Part shown: piece by piece, positions 49,801 through 57,382 of the stretch
Position numbering within the stretch: the first letter of the stretch is position 1
Layout of the letters: the number at the start of each line of letters is the position of its first letter
Origin: Candidatus Daviesbacteria bacterium RIFCSPHIGHO2_12_FULL_37_16
GTDB lineage: Bacteria > Patescibacteriota > Microgenomatia > Daviesbacterales > UBA10151
Direction of reading: 5' to 3'
NCBI GenBank assembly: GCA_001776785.1
Contig: MFDF01000006.1
Location: forward strand, 16,769 to 80,768
DNA length: 64,000 nucleotides
Program-made: the position numbers and the translations under genes
The notes under the pieces: model-generated
What the model was told of the DNA's origin: nothing
Seen by the model: only the letters and a program-made list of their open reading frames with translations
The model's database searches: none

Positions 49801-52156
49801 TGGGGACCATATAAGCGCACCTGAAACATTTGAATATACCCCACCAGAAGTGGAAATAAATGAAGCTCCAATAATTCCAATACCATTTGCCCCAAGACAC
49901 CCACTGGAACCATTAATAATTCCCCGCCCGCCGGAAAACCCATACTACCTTTTTGGTTATGAAATTTTTAGGATGCCTGATGGTTCAATTGGAACTCTTT
50001 CAGATTTTATGCGCATAAGATCAGATGAAGCTAGAAATAGAGTCCCAACAAGAGAAGGTGAGTCTGAAGGTGAGCATGCGCTGGCAACAATCAGAGATGC
50101 TTTTGACAATGCAGACAGGGTTTATATTGACCTTTCTGGAGCAATTGGAGATGCTATTATAACTTCAGCTTACATTGATGGAATAAGAAAGCTTAATGAG
50201 TCTGAAGGAAAAGATAGAAAAATAACTTTAATTGCGACTCCTTTAATAGAATCTCTGCTTAGACCTACAGCAGATAAGTATGGTTATGAACTAATAGAAG
50301 CTCCAAGAGGCGAAGGGTTTGATAAGGCCAAGTCTTTGATTGATGAGCGGGATGAACAAAATCCACTGGTTTTGGATTTTGAACACTATACAGGAATGCC
50401 TGAGATAGATACCTTGCCTAAAAATGGTCTCGTGATAAAGGATCTTTTTGCATCCTCAGTTGTGATGTATGACCAGCAAAGATCTGGTAATAATAGGTTT
50501 ACAGCTTTCTTTTCAGATCTCTTAAGTATTCCTGCGGATCAAAGGGTTGATGTTGCACCAAGAATTGAGCTTCCTGAAAATAGTGAGGAGATTTACCAAA
50601 GTTTGGTGGAAAGATTTAGAATTGATAAAAATAAGCCACAAATCACCATAATTTTAGAGTCCAGCCACAAAATGAAAAAGTATTCTTTGGATAATTGGAG
50701 GGATGTAATGGATAGACTTTCAAGGGATATTCCTAATGCAGAATTAAATATTATCTATAATCCAAGAAGTCCGGAATATGATCCTAATAGATTAAGAGAG
50801 ATATTTAATGGAATCCCCAGGTCTAGATTTGTTGGTGGAGATTTGGATGAAATGGCAGTACTTCTTTCTAAACAGCAGCTGGTAGTCTCTAACGATACTG
50901 GATTAGCTCATGTGGCTGCAACTCTAGAGGGTGGTCCAAGGGTACTAACTCTTCATGTACCAGTCTTTCCACCTAATGCATGGGTTACTAATTCTAACAG
51001 ACATGTTGGGCTTCTTCCAAGGAATGAGAGTTTAACAAATGATTTTAATTCTGAGGAAAGTGATGAGTCTAAGAAGTGGATAAATAAGATAACACCAGAA
51101 GAAGTTGTCAGAAGGGCAGTTATGATATACCAAAATAATCTTACATCTCCCCCTTCTGTGGAAGAAACAACAGACCCTGTAACTCCACCACCTGCACCTA
51201 GAGTTAGATTGGCTACTCCTACTCCAGAAGAGGAAGATATATCACCTTCCAGGTTAGAACAGTTGAGAAATAATGTTAGTGATTTGCGGGCTAGGGCTGC
51301 AGCTGCATCAGGGCCTGCAAGAAGAGGTTTAGTTGAAAGGTTGAATAGAGCTGAGGAAGCATTAAGTAATGTTCTTAGAAGAAGAGATGAAACAGTTTCA
51401 TCACCTGCCACTGTGCCTGTTCCTCCAACACCTACTCCACCAGAGGCTGCACCAGTCCCTCCTGCACCTGATTTACCATCTCCAGCTTTTAGAAGAACAG
51501 AGGCTACAATTCCTGTGCCACCACCTGCACCAAGAGTTAGAGTTGCACCTGCTCCTGCTCCCACTCTTACTCCTACCAGGGTAGAGACTGCTCCAATTCC
51601 AACACCAGAAACTCCTCCCCCACCACCAGCACCAAGAGTTAGAGTTGCTCCTACAACTACTGTTGAGGCTACAAGTGAAGCATTTGATACAGAAGCGCCT
51701 ATAAGTTCAGGTAATTTATTAGAATCAGTCAATGAAAAACTTACCAACTCTTCTTCAAATCTTGAAACTGTTTTGAGTACTCCATCTGCTTTGACTGAAT
51801 TTTTGAAAACCTTAGAGTTTAATTTCGGAGCTAAATTTAAAGATGCCCAAACTAGTATTTCCGGGCGTCAGATAATAATTAACAATGGAGTAATTGAAGT
51901 GCCTGGAGGTGAAGCTAAATTTAATGGAATACTTGCAATTGATCCACAGGGTAAATTAACTCTTTTGGGAGAACCTAAGATTGATTTACCATTTCATTTA
52001 GGACTTCTTAGAGGGAAAGTTAATGATGCGTTGAAAAATCTAGATCAATCAGTCAGGAGTCAAATAAACAAAAGAATTGATCAAAGCTGGGAAGTGTCAG
52101 GATTTAATATTGACAGTGGGAATTTAGCTGTAGACTTTAGAAGACAAACTACTTAA
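46832..52156 (+). CDS. Giant (1774 aa) multidomain proline-rich protein with an embedded GT9-like (heptosyltransferase-fold) glycosyltransferase domain
   Basis: Single uninterrupted ORF. PPVEPPPPITEPPEQPP linker. Gly/Ala-rich hydrophobic segments at ~aa 520-575 and ~730-750. GT9 signature SGAIGDAIITS...LVVSNDTGLAHVAATLEGGPRVLTLH. Three PPAPRVR(V/L)A repeats. GC visibly higher than the neighbouring DNA. Confidence 0.7.
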   Translation: MEGSAEVSSSPPPAAETGTRPEARVKDTREQVLNAFNGALDILENTPEDKLTTHERAGKKLIKEVKAKTLDQDKTTFRNRFKDAAGNEYSQMESVPVDDLIDFLTERIKSNDLSEQQLQDYRDKRAVLIRNSKPYYRLGRGNPLRLDARVDQELKRLEEAGLTTGDGAVDKEAAGASLTKRRELILPRVDRGTEPPPVEPPPPITEPPEQPPIEPPPPVEPPQPPPTAGEVMRELLVANGTLQVGRRAAETAEVQLRNELRRGQWYEFWHWPRKIGMRVAEQFHRQNYIERARAAMLEHNNTLGDFDVVHNVARNAQANIDQERAEGKAKVAQIKSGDLIAGQNVVEATGELKNMMINDILRPVVEGRVTEQGQIQQALRDFVQNHQGDLQVQAVFGRDATQYGRLAEYFASDLTETAELVRSDIEAHRYAIDQLSQVVKINLANTSWAAESQANFNAVDRAVAWAESHQLRGWLLNPATIGAVASLASFGISRALGAGSAAANIIAPGAGMIAGAAVAGVRRSYDLKVDRAADQVEETYNGQVPAQGAPRREALREFRYNTASVRDLINGGGDELLGGGRRLSMDQLLTQDLSDGQNDNREAVVRRISEIKSRLDFSATEHVDLVTFEARGKVEQGRMQLVQERARARIALRNAGMLDDEILTLETRLTGEWNERFTQNREQQDHRFQLYRLRNAGGAALFGAAVGLAGGLAIQQGEAWIGRAVPGLSEAPVVGALFGKGQTRIEAAFGIAGPTSPERFNVFGVDLNEAFDKPKNFVMKNPNTGEEFWMAIHPEDINKTREITFLDTNGNKLDGPAMWLEKSDDGKVSIIGAGDTNLMPKQVQELVGGWDKNTTETHNLRSYMKFLTKGGVENTSDEVVEYGNFSLNSHDVHESILLNDEGKPYDVWAQEAGRLKPDGTPEVGKMSVTLLPTKTQFHGFLREDGSFDVDPKYFVDGNYRGNADINPTDYQDMLDNLKAEGWGVDTGGVNGDHISAPETFEYTPPEVEINEAPIIPIPFAPRHPLEPLIIPRPPENPYYLFGYEIFRMPDGSIGTLSDFMRIRSDEARNRVPTREGESEGEHALATIRDAFDNADRVYIDLSGAIGDAIITSAYIDGIRKLNESEGKDRKITLIATPLIESLLRPTADKYGYELIEAPRGEGFDKAKSLIDERDEQNPLVLDFEHYTGMPEIDTLPKNGLVIKDLFASSVVMYDQQRSGNNRFTAFFSDLLSIPADQRVDVAPRIELPENSEEIYQSLVERFRIDKNKPQITIILESSHKMKKYSLDNWRDVMDRLSRDIPNAELNIIYNPRSPEYDPNRLREIFNGIPRSRFVGGDLDEMAVLLSKQQLVVSNDTGLAHVAATLEGGPRVLTLHVPVFPPNAWVTNSNRHVGLLPRNESLTNDFNSEESDESKKWINKITPEEVVRRAVMIYQNNLTSPPSVEETTDPVTPPPAPRVRLATPTPEEEDISPSRLEQLRNNVSDLRARAAAASGPARRGLVERLNRAEEALSNVLRRRDETVSSPATVPVPPTPTPPEAAPVPPAPDLPSPAFRRTEATIPVPPPAPRVRVAPAPAPTLTPTRVETAPIPTPETPPPPPAPRVRVAPTTTVEATSEAFDTEAPISSGNLLESVNEKLTNSSSNLETVLSTPSALTEFLKTLEFNFGAKFKDAQTSISGRQIIINNGVIEVPGGEAKFNGILAIDPQGKLTLLGEPKIDLPFHLGLLRGKVNDALKNLDQSVRSQINKRIDQSWEVSGFNIDSGNLAVDFRRQTT

Positions 52157-52213
52157 ATGGAAGGGTTGGATGCTTCTTTTGAACATGATCCCAAGTTAGT
52201 TTCAGGTTTTAAT

Positions 52214-52474
52214 TTAGGATCTTGGGCCTGGGTTTGACCAATCATGGAATCTTTCAGCACCCCTGGCAACATGGTATGCCCCATCAGAAATACCTTTTCT
52301 TACCTGGTAACTTACTTCTTCTATTGCTTCCCCTGTTTTATTAACTAGTCCGAATTTATATTCTAAAACTGCACCTGTTCCAACAAGCAATAAAGCTCCT
52401 GCTAGACCTGTTCTGACAATATTTTCTCTTATGCCTGAAACTCTTTCTCTCATAATTGTTATGGGATAATACAA
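52214..52474 (-). CDS. Small hypothetical membrane protein
   Basis: 86-aa ORF with one hydrophobic helix. Confidence 0.25.
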   Translation of the reverse strand: MYYPITIMRERVSGIRENIVRTGLAGALLLVGTGAVLEYKFGLVNKTGEAIEEVSYQVRKGISDGAYHVARGAERFHDWSNPGPRS

Positions 52475-52480
52475 TATGTC

Positions 52481-52729
52481 TTATAGTTTGTCAAGAAGCC
52501 TCAATTTCTCTTCCCTGCTCCAGGATTTTATCTCTATTTCCCTTTTTAGAGCTTCTGATTTAGTTTTAAAAATTTCTTTATAAATAATTTTTAAGGGCTT
52601 GTGGGATCTGGTGTAGCTGCCGCCTTTTCCATTTTGGTGGCTTAAAAACCTTTTTTCTAAGTTATTAGTTGAGCCTGTATAGAGTGAATTATCTCTGCAA
52701 AGAAGTATATATACAAACCACATTACCAA
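52481..52729 (-). CDS. GIY-YIG domain protein (UPF0213-like small nuclease)
   Basis: FVYILLCRDNSLYTGSTNNLEKR contains the GIY...YIG-type motif. Confidence 0.6.
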   Translation of the reverse strand: MVMWFVYILLCRDNSLYTGSTNNLEKRFLSHQNGKGGSYTRSHKPLKIIYKEIFKTKSEALKREIEIKSWSREEKLRLLDKL

Positions 52730-52737
52730 TAATTCTA

Positions 52738-53031
52738 TCAGTCAGTGTCTTCAAAGCCACCATGGTTTCTAATGGCATCCTGGGTTTTTTTGAGGTTTGA
52801 GAGGGCTTTTTCTTTACCATAAGTTAAGTTAGTCTGAACCATTTTTTTATAGTAAGTTTTCCACTCTTTAGAAGTAATTTTGTTAGTTATATCTATTGAA
52901 CTACCTTCTAAAAGTCCATCCTTCCAGCAAAGAATTTTTACCACTAATTTGTGCCAAAGCTCCCTTTTTTCAAATTTTTCCAGGTAGGCAGCTTTAATAT
53001 TTGGATGATTTGATATACTTGGTACTCTCAA
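52738..53031 (-). CDS. Hypothetical protein
   Basis: 97-aa ORF. Confidence 0.25.
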   Translation of the reverse strand: MRVPSISNHPNIKAAYLEKFEKRELWHKLVVKILCWKDGLLEGSSIDITNKITSKEWKTYYKKMVQTNLTYGKEKALSNLKKTQDAIRNHGGFEDTD

Positions 53032-53041
53032 AAAATTAAAT

Positions 53042-53398
53042 TTACCTTCTGTGGCTGCCTCTTAAGAAGCTGCCTCCACCACCTCTTTTAGAGTTGTCTC
53101 TTCCAGAATAAGAATTGTTGTTTCTGTTTTGGTTGTAGCCTCCTCTATTATCTTCTCTTGGTCTGGCAACTGAAACTCCAATTTTTCTGCCTTCAAGTCC
53201 AAAGCCATCAAGTTCTTTGATAGCAGTTTGGGCTTCAGTGTCATTTGGCATTTCTACAAAAGCAAAACCTTTTGACTGGTTTGTGTATTTATCCATGATA
53301 ATTTGGGCTGAAGAAACTGTTCCATACTTTTCAAATAATTCTTTTAATTTTTCATTTGTTAAAGAGAAAGGAATACCTCCAATAAATAATTTAGTCAT
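53042..53398 (-). CDS. RRM-domain RNA-binding protein with Gly/Arg-rich tail
   Basis: RNP-2 LFIGGIP and RNP-1 KGFAFVEM, with a C-terminal RGG/G-rich tail. Confidence 0.75.
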   Translation of the reverse strand: MTKLFIGGIPFSLTNEKLKELFEKYGTVSSAQIIMDKYTNQSKGFAFVEMPNDTEAQTAIKELDGFGLEGRKIGVSVARPREDNRGGYNQNRNNNSYSGRDNSKRGGGGSFLRGSHRR

Positions 53399-53499
53399 AA
53401 ATTTTCACCACCTTTTTTTTGGATTTAAACTTTTAATGGAAGTGTTTAGGGTCAAATATTTAAACTGCAAACATTAAATGAGTTTAAAGAGTATAACAG

Positions 53500-53522
53500 C
53501 TATGGGGTGGGAATACAAGGAA
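53500..53522. repeat. 23-bp direct repeat CTATGGGGTGGGAATACAAGGAA (copy 1), 6 nt from the stop of the 53529-54134 ORF
   Basis: Identical 23-mer recurs at 54174-54196. Confidence 0.6.
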
Positions 53523-53528
53523 AGCGAG

Positions 53529-54134
53529 TTAGTTAGGGATTATCAGTTTTGGTTTATCCTGTAATCTTGTAATAGGCTGGTCAGCCATAGGGCAACGTAA
53601 ATATTGATCCATGCAGTCCCATTCAGATGCTGTACAAAGACCTAATCTATAACCTTCAGGAAGCATAAGTAATGGAGCATCCCCTTCTCTAACTTCAACT
53701 AAGGGTTTGCGTGCTCTTTGCGCATAAACATTTTCAGATCTTAAACCTACAACAAAATGATGTTCTTCTATTTGAGTCACAAACATAACTAACCATGGTT
53801 TAGCTTGACCATCAAATTCAGGAAGAGAATTTGGATGATAACTTACAGCTAGAAGTTCATGCGTGGCTGGAATTTTAGCTAATTCTCTTTCTACATCTTC
53901 TTTGTAGATTTGCATCCTTCCTTCACTCTTGTCCACAATTGCCATATCTTTTGGTGTATATTCAAACTCAGCTCCAAATGCTTGTAATATATTTAAAGCA
54001 GTGTTTATTGGTCCTGGTAGGTTTGCAAGCCACTCACGTCTGGTATTAATTTTATCTAAGGCTGCTTCCTTTTCTTCTGCCGCTTCTCTAAAATATCCAT
54101 ATGCGCCTCTTAAATCTGGGTTTATATCTAACAT
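53529..54134 (-). CDS. Hypothetical protein, a GC-richer single-gene unit flanked by 23-bp direct repeats
   Basis: 201-aa ORF. Composition differs from the flanking DNA. Confidence 0.4.
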   Translation of the reverse strand: MLDINPDLRGAYGYFREAAEEKEAALDKINTRREWLANLPGPINTALNILQAFGAEFEYTPKDMAIVDKSEGRMQIYKEDVERELAKIPATHELLAVSYHPNSLPEFDGQAKPWLVMFVTQIEEHHFVVGLRSENVYAQRARKPLVEVREGDAPLLMLPEGYRLGLCTASEWDCMDQYLRCPMADQPITRLQDKPKLIIPN

Positions 54135-54173
54135 ATTAGGGAAATTATACTTAAATTTTACTAAAAGTCAAAC

Positions 54174-54196
54174 TATGGGGTGGGAATACAAGGAAG
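54174..54196. repeat. 23-bp direct repeat CTATGGGGTGGGAATACAAGGAA (copy 2)
   Basis: Identical to 53500-53522. Confidence 0.6.
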
Positions 54197-54322
54197 TGGA
54201 CAGAAGAGATGTAGATATGGGAGATAAAATTATTAAGAGGAAGATCGAGGAAAAATAATATCCAGAAGAGGGTGTCTACGTTGTGGACTTTAAAAAATAC
54301 AGCTTTGAGTGTATAATACAGG

Positions 54323-54396
54323 CGCGGGGTAGAGCAGTGGTAGCTCGGGAGGCTCATAATCTCCAGGTCAGTGGTTCGAATCCACTCCCCGCAACA
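54323..54396 (+). tRNA. Initiator tRNA-fMet (CAT anticodon, C1·A72 mismatch)
   Basis: Acceptor CGCGGGG/CCCCGCA, identical to the E. coli tRNA-fMet acceptor. D-arm GAGC-AGTGGTA-GCTC, loop CTCATAA, T-arm AGTGG-TTCGAAT-CCACT. Confidence 0.75.
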
Positions 54397-54402
54397 GATT
54401 TG

Positions 54403-54430
54403 AAAATCCGTCCAAAGGATGGATTTTTCA
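54403..54430 (+). terminator. Hairpin/terminator after tRNA-fMet
   Basis: AAAATCCGTCC-AAAG-GGATGGATTTT stem-loop followed by TC. Confidence 0.4.
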
Positions 54431-54505
54431 AAGCTAGTTGTTGGAGACGGGATCGAGAATCGGATCTTTGATCCGGTTCGACAATTTCTTTAGAAATTGG
54501 GACAT

Positions 54506-54522
54506 ATCCACTCCCCGCAACA
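54506..54522. repeat. 17-bp direct duplicate of the tRNA-fMet 3' end (ATCCACTCCCCGCAACA); att-site-like remnant
   Basis: Identical to 54380-54396, about 110 bp downstream. Confidence 0.55.
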
Positions 54523-54544
54523 CAACTTCCTGCTCTTCTAATCC

Positions 54545-55288
54545 ATGGCTGAAAGAAGAAGACCTACACCTGAAGAAACCTCTAGGTCAATACTTGCTTT
54601 AAAAATTCATGCTGCTAATTTATCTGATGCTAAGGGTGTTGATTTTGGGAAAGTATTAGAAAATGGAGATAATCTTCAAATCCGATTAGATTATCTTAAT
54701 AATGAGTCCAGAAGAAGTATCCCAGATCCCCTATTAAGGTTTGCAAAAAGAGTGTATGGAAGGGAAGTTCTAATTAGAAATATTACCTTGTGGTGGGTAA
54801 ATCAGATTAAAGGAGAGGTGGCAGAGGAAAATTTATACAGCAATGTTATTGAAATTTTAGTCAGGCCTCCTGGAAGTACATCAGGTCTGGAAAATCAGCA
54901 CATGGCTATTGTTGACCAAAAAAATGAATTGCTTACTGATAACCTACTTTGGTTGAGGCTAGAAGAAAACCGTGCAAGCTGGTCGGTTAACTACAATCTA
55001 GCGAAAGAGATATATAGTACAGAAGATCATGTTTTAACACCCCAAAGAAAAGAAGGTAATCTTGTTCCAAGAATTATAGATTCGCTATCAGCTATATTAT
55101 CTTCAGTCAAAGAGGACAGGTTGGGAAAATTTAGCCCTCAAGATCTTTTAAGACCTTCAAGACAACTTGGTATACAAACAGCTGCAGTATTTTTAGATAA
55201 ATATTTACCACAGTTGCCTTCACCTGTAAAACAGCCTGTCTGGGGAGTTTTTGTAATTGACAGAGATTCAAATTTGCTGACTATCTAA
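54545..55288 (+). CDS. Hypothetical protein
   Basis: 247-aa ORF. Confidence 0.35.
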   Translation: MAERRRPTPEETSRSILALKIHAANLSDAKGVDFGKVLENGDNLQIRLDYLNNESRRSIPDPLLRFAKRVYGREVLIRNITLWWVNQIKGEVAEENLYSNVIEILVRPPGSTSGLENQHMAIVDQKNELLTDNLLWLRLEENRASWSVNYNLAKEIYSTEDHVLTPQRKEGNLVPRIIDSLSAILSSVKEDRLGKFSPQDLLRPSRQLGIQTAAVFLDKYLPQLPSPVKQPVWGVFVIDRDSNLLTI

Positions 55289-55634
55289 AAAATAGCTTTA
55301 ACCACCCTTGCCAGTTTGGGAGTTTGGGCTCCTCTACCTTTTTTTGGGCATTGATTAAGTTATTTATTAAATCCTCCTGAATAATAACTACAGTCTCATT
55401 TGGTCTCCCTAAATTTAGGTTATTTCTGGCTATTTGTTCTATAAATTCGAAGCTTTTGGTGTTTTCCAGTTTTTGCTTTAATGCTCTATTCTCAGCCTGG
55501 AGTGAATTTACCTCATCTGTGGCAGTATCCAACCTTGACCCAGCCTCAAGGGCATCTTTAATTTGGCGCACCAAGCCTATCAAAATTACTATTGAGATTA
55601 TAAAAATAACCAGCAAACTTACAGTTTTTGACAT
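55281..55634 (-). CDS. Septum-formation initiator-like (FtsB/DivIC-like) membrane coiled-coil protein
   Basis: N-terminal TM then coiled coil (LQAENRALKQKLENTK). Confidence 0.45.
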   Translation of the reverse strand: MSKTVSLLVIFIISIVILIGLVRQIKDALEAGSRLDTATDEVNSLQAENRALKQKLENTKSFEFIEQIARNNLNLGRPNETVVIIQEDLINNLINAQKKVEEPKLPNWQGWLKLFFR

Positions 55635-55723
55635 GGATTTTAGTAATTTATCTTTTTTTTGTGCTTATTTTTATGCTTCGAGGCTATTTCCTCATTGACA
55701 TTTGTAGGGTTTAGATATATATT

Positions 55724-56605
55724 ATGGGACATAATATGATTAGTTTAAAAGATGCCCACCAGCAATTTATTGGCCATTTAAAGGGTAGAGGCAGAGCTTC
55801 TGCTACTATCTTAGCCTATGGCAAAGATATTGAGCAACTGGTTTCACACCTTCAATCCTTAGGAAAAGAGGATGCAAATGCTGTAGAAACAACTGACTTA
55901 CAGATTTTTATGGACAAGCTCTCAAAAGAGGCTTATACAGCTAAATCCATTTCAAGAAAGACTAATTCTACCAAAACTTTTTTTAAATTCTTAAAATCTT
56001 CAGGCATAATTGAAGATGATCCAGCCAGAGGCTTAGAACACCCTAAATTTGAGAATAAACCACCAAGAATTTTATCTGAGCTTGAATATAGGGCTTTAAG
56101 GGATGTTGCAAGATCAGATTTAAGGATGTTTGCCATTATTGAGCTCTTTTTACAGACTGGAATCAGGATTGGAGAGCTGGCAAAGATTACAGTTGATGAT
56201 GTGACTTTGGAGGGACCTACATCCGTGCTTCATATTAAACAGGCAGAAGGGGCTGTGGAGAGGACAATCCCTTTAAATAAACCTGCTGTAGAGGCTTTAA
56301 AGAGGTATTTAGAAGTAAGACCACAAACTCAAAACAAAACTTTATTTGTGACAAAAACTGGAAAACCACTTTTAATAAGGAATATCAGGACTGCAATTGA
56401 CAGATATTTTAGATTAGCAGGGATCTCAGGAGCAAAGGTGAATGATTTAAGACATACCTGGATTGCACATCACCTTAAATCTGGTACTTCCCTACTCCTT
56501 ATATCCAAATTAGCAGGACACAAAAGAGTTTCTACAACTGAAAGATATTTACAATTTATTACTGGGGTAACAAATGAAGGCAAAGTTCAACTAGAAGAAC
56601 TTTAA
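55724..56605 (+). CDS. xerC: Tyrosine recombinase (XerC/XerD/integrase family)
   Basis: N-terminal SAM-like domain. Catalytic R (LRHT), HxxR-like GHKRV and RY (TTERY) near the C-terminus. Confidence 0.8.
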   Translation: MGHNMISLKDAHQQFIGHLKGRGRASATILAYGKDIEQLVSHLQSLGKEDANAVETTDLQIFMDKLSKEAYTAKSISRKTNSTKTFFKFLKSSGIIEDDPARGLEHPKFENKPPRILSELEYRALRDVARSDLRMFAIIELFLQTGIRIGELAKITVDDVTLEGPTSVLHIKQAEGAVERTIPLNKPAVEALKRYLEVRPQTQNKTLFVTKTGKPLLIRNIRTAIDRYFRLAGISGAKVNDLRHTWIAHHLKSGTSLLLISKLAGHKRVSTTERYLQFITGVTNEGKVQLEEL

Positions 56606-56616
56606 AGAGATTCTGA

Positions 56617-57006
56617 ATGTTCTCCCCGGAAAGTTTAGTTAAATGGTATTTTACTCCTAAACCTTTTGAAAAAGATGGTAAAGTTTATGAACAACTTGGC
56701 ATCAAACACCTTGAGAAACTAGTAGTTATGATTGGTACTCACTTCAACTCTACGCACTACTTTCTAAAAGACTTCTCAATTTCTTCACTCACTCACTATG
56801 AAATGAATACTCGATTTTTTGAATCTACCCATTTAAAAGGATTTGGAGCTTTAGTGGTAGCGGCGGTGATTGTTAGTCCCTTAACTCGAGAAGGAGCAGC
56901 TATTGCTATTGCTGGAGCAGGAATGAACTTAGCGTTGGTAGCTTTACAACGATATAACAGAAGTCGAATTTACTCAATTTACGATAGAAAGGGTCTTGAT
57001 CACTAA
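56617..57006 (+). CDS. Hypothetical protein
   Basis: 129-aa ORF with a hydrophobic C-terminal half. Confidence 0.3.
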   Translation: MFSPESLVKWYFTPKPFEKDGKVYEQLGIKHLEKLVVMIGTHFNSTHYFLKDFSISSLTHYEMNTRFFESTHLKGFGALVVAAVIVSPLTREGAAIAIAGAGMNLALVALQRYNRSRIYSIYDRKGLDH

Positions 57007-57076
57007 TCTATCGGCTGGTGCGCGGACTATACACCCAATTCCCGTTTCACTCGAATTGCAGGATTTGAATTTAGTG

Positions 57077-57101
57077 TGGAGCAGCCTGGACTCGAACCAG
57101 G
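57077..57101 (-). other. Orphan tRNA 3' fragment (T-arm CCTGG-TTCGAGT-CCAGG plus acceptor strand CTGCTCCA) without a 5' half
   Basis: Read on the minus strand. No complementary GGAGCAG within several hundred bp. Its sequence differs from the adjacent intact tRNA. Confidence 0.45.
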
Positions 57102-57111
57102 AACTAATATG

Positions 57112-57182
57112 TAGGCCCGGAAGGAATCGAACCTTCGTCATGACTGTATAAGAATCAGGCATTACCATTATGCAACGGGCCT
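57112..57182 (-). tRNA. tRNA with TAT anticodon (putative tRNA-Ile UAU)
   Basis: Minus strand: acceptor AGGCCCG/CGGGCCT, D-arm GCAT-AATGGTA-ATGC, anticodon stem TGATT/AGTCA with loop CTTATAC, T-arm GAAGG-TTCGATT-CCTTC. Confidence 0.55.
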
Positions 57183-57317
57183 ATCGCGCTAATTGTACCA
57201 AAAAAGTCCACTTTTTTCTCCCTAAGAGTCTGAAATTGCCTTTATAGATAAGTATCAAAATAGTACACCCTAAGGGTGAATTAGCTAGGACACCTAGCCT
57301 TTATATGATTTGTATAG

Positions 57318-57372
57318 ATTCCCGATCCCGTCTTCGCTGCGCTTCGGCAGGGCAAGCAAGTCGGGAATGACA
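57318..57372. repeat. Palindromic repeat element, copy E (…TTCCCGATCCC…CTTCGCTGCGCT…CGGGAATGACA)
   Basis: Shares the 12-mer CTTCGCTGCGCT with copy D and the GAATGACA terminus with the others. Confidence 0.45.
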
Positions 57373-57382
57373 GAGGGTGCGG

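Noticed and set aside
47537-51747. Multiple antisense ORFs inside the giant gene, including a 264-aa Gly/Ala-rich ORF at 50953-51747 (minus)
   Set aside because: This is a reverse-complement artefact of the GC- and Pro-rich coding strand (CCN codons read as NGG Gly on the other strand). The sense ORF is uninterrupted for 5.3 kb.
57077-57101. Interpreting the orphan T-arm/CTGCTCCA fragment as the 3' end of a tmRNA
   Set aside because: No GGGG-type or complementary GGAGCAG 5' acceptor strand and no tag-reading-frame-like region lie within several hundred bp upstream. It is more simply a partial tRNA copy.
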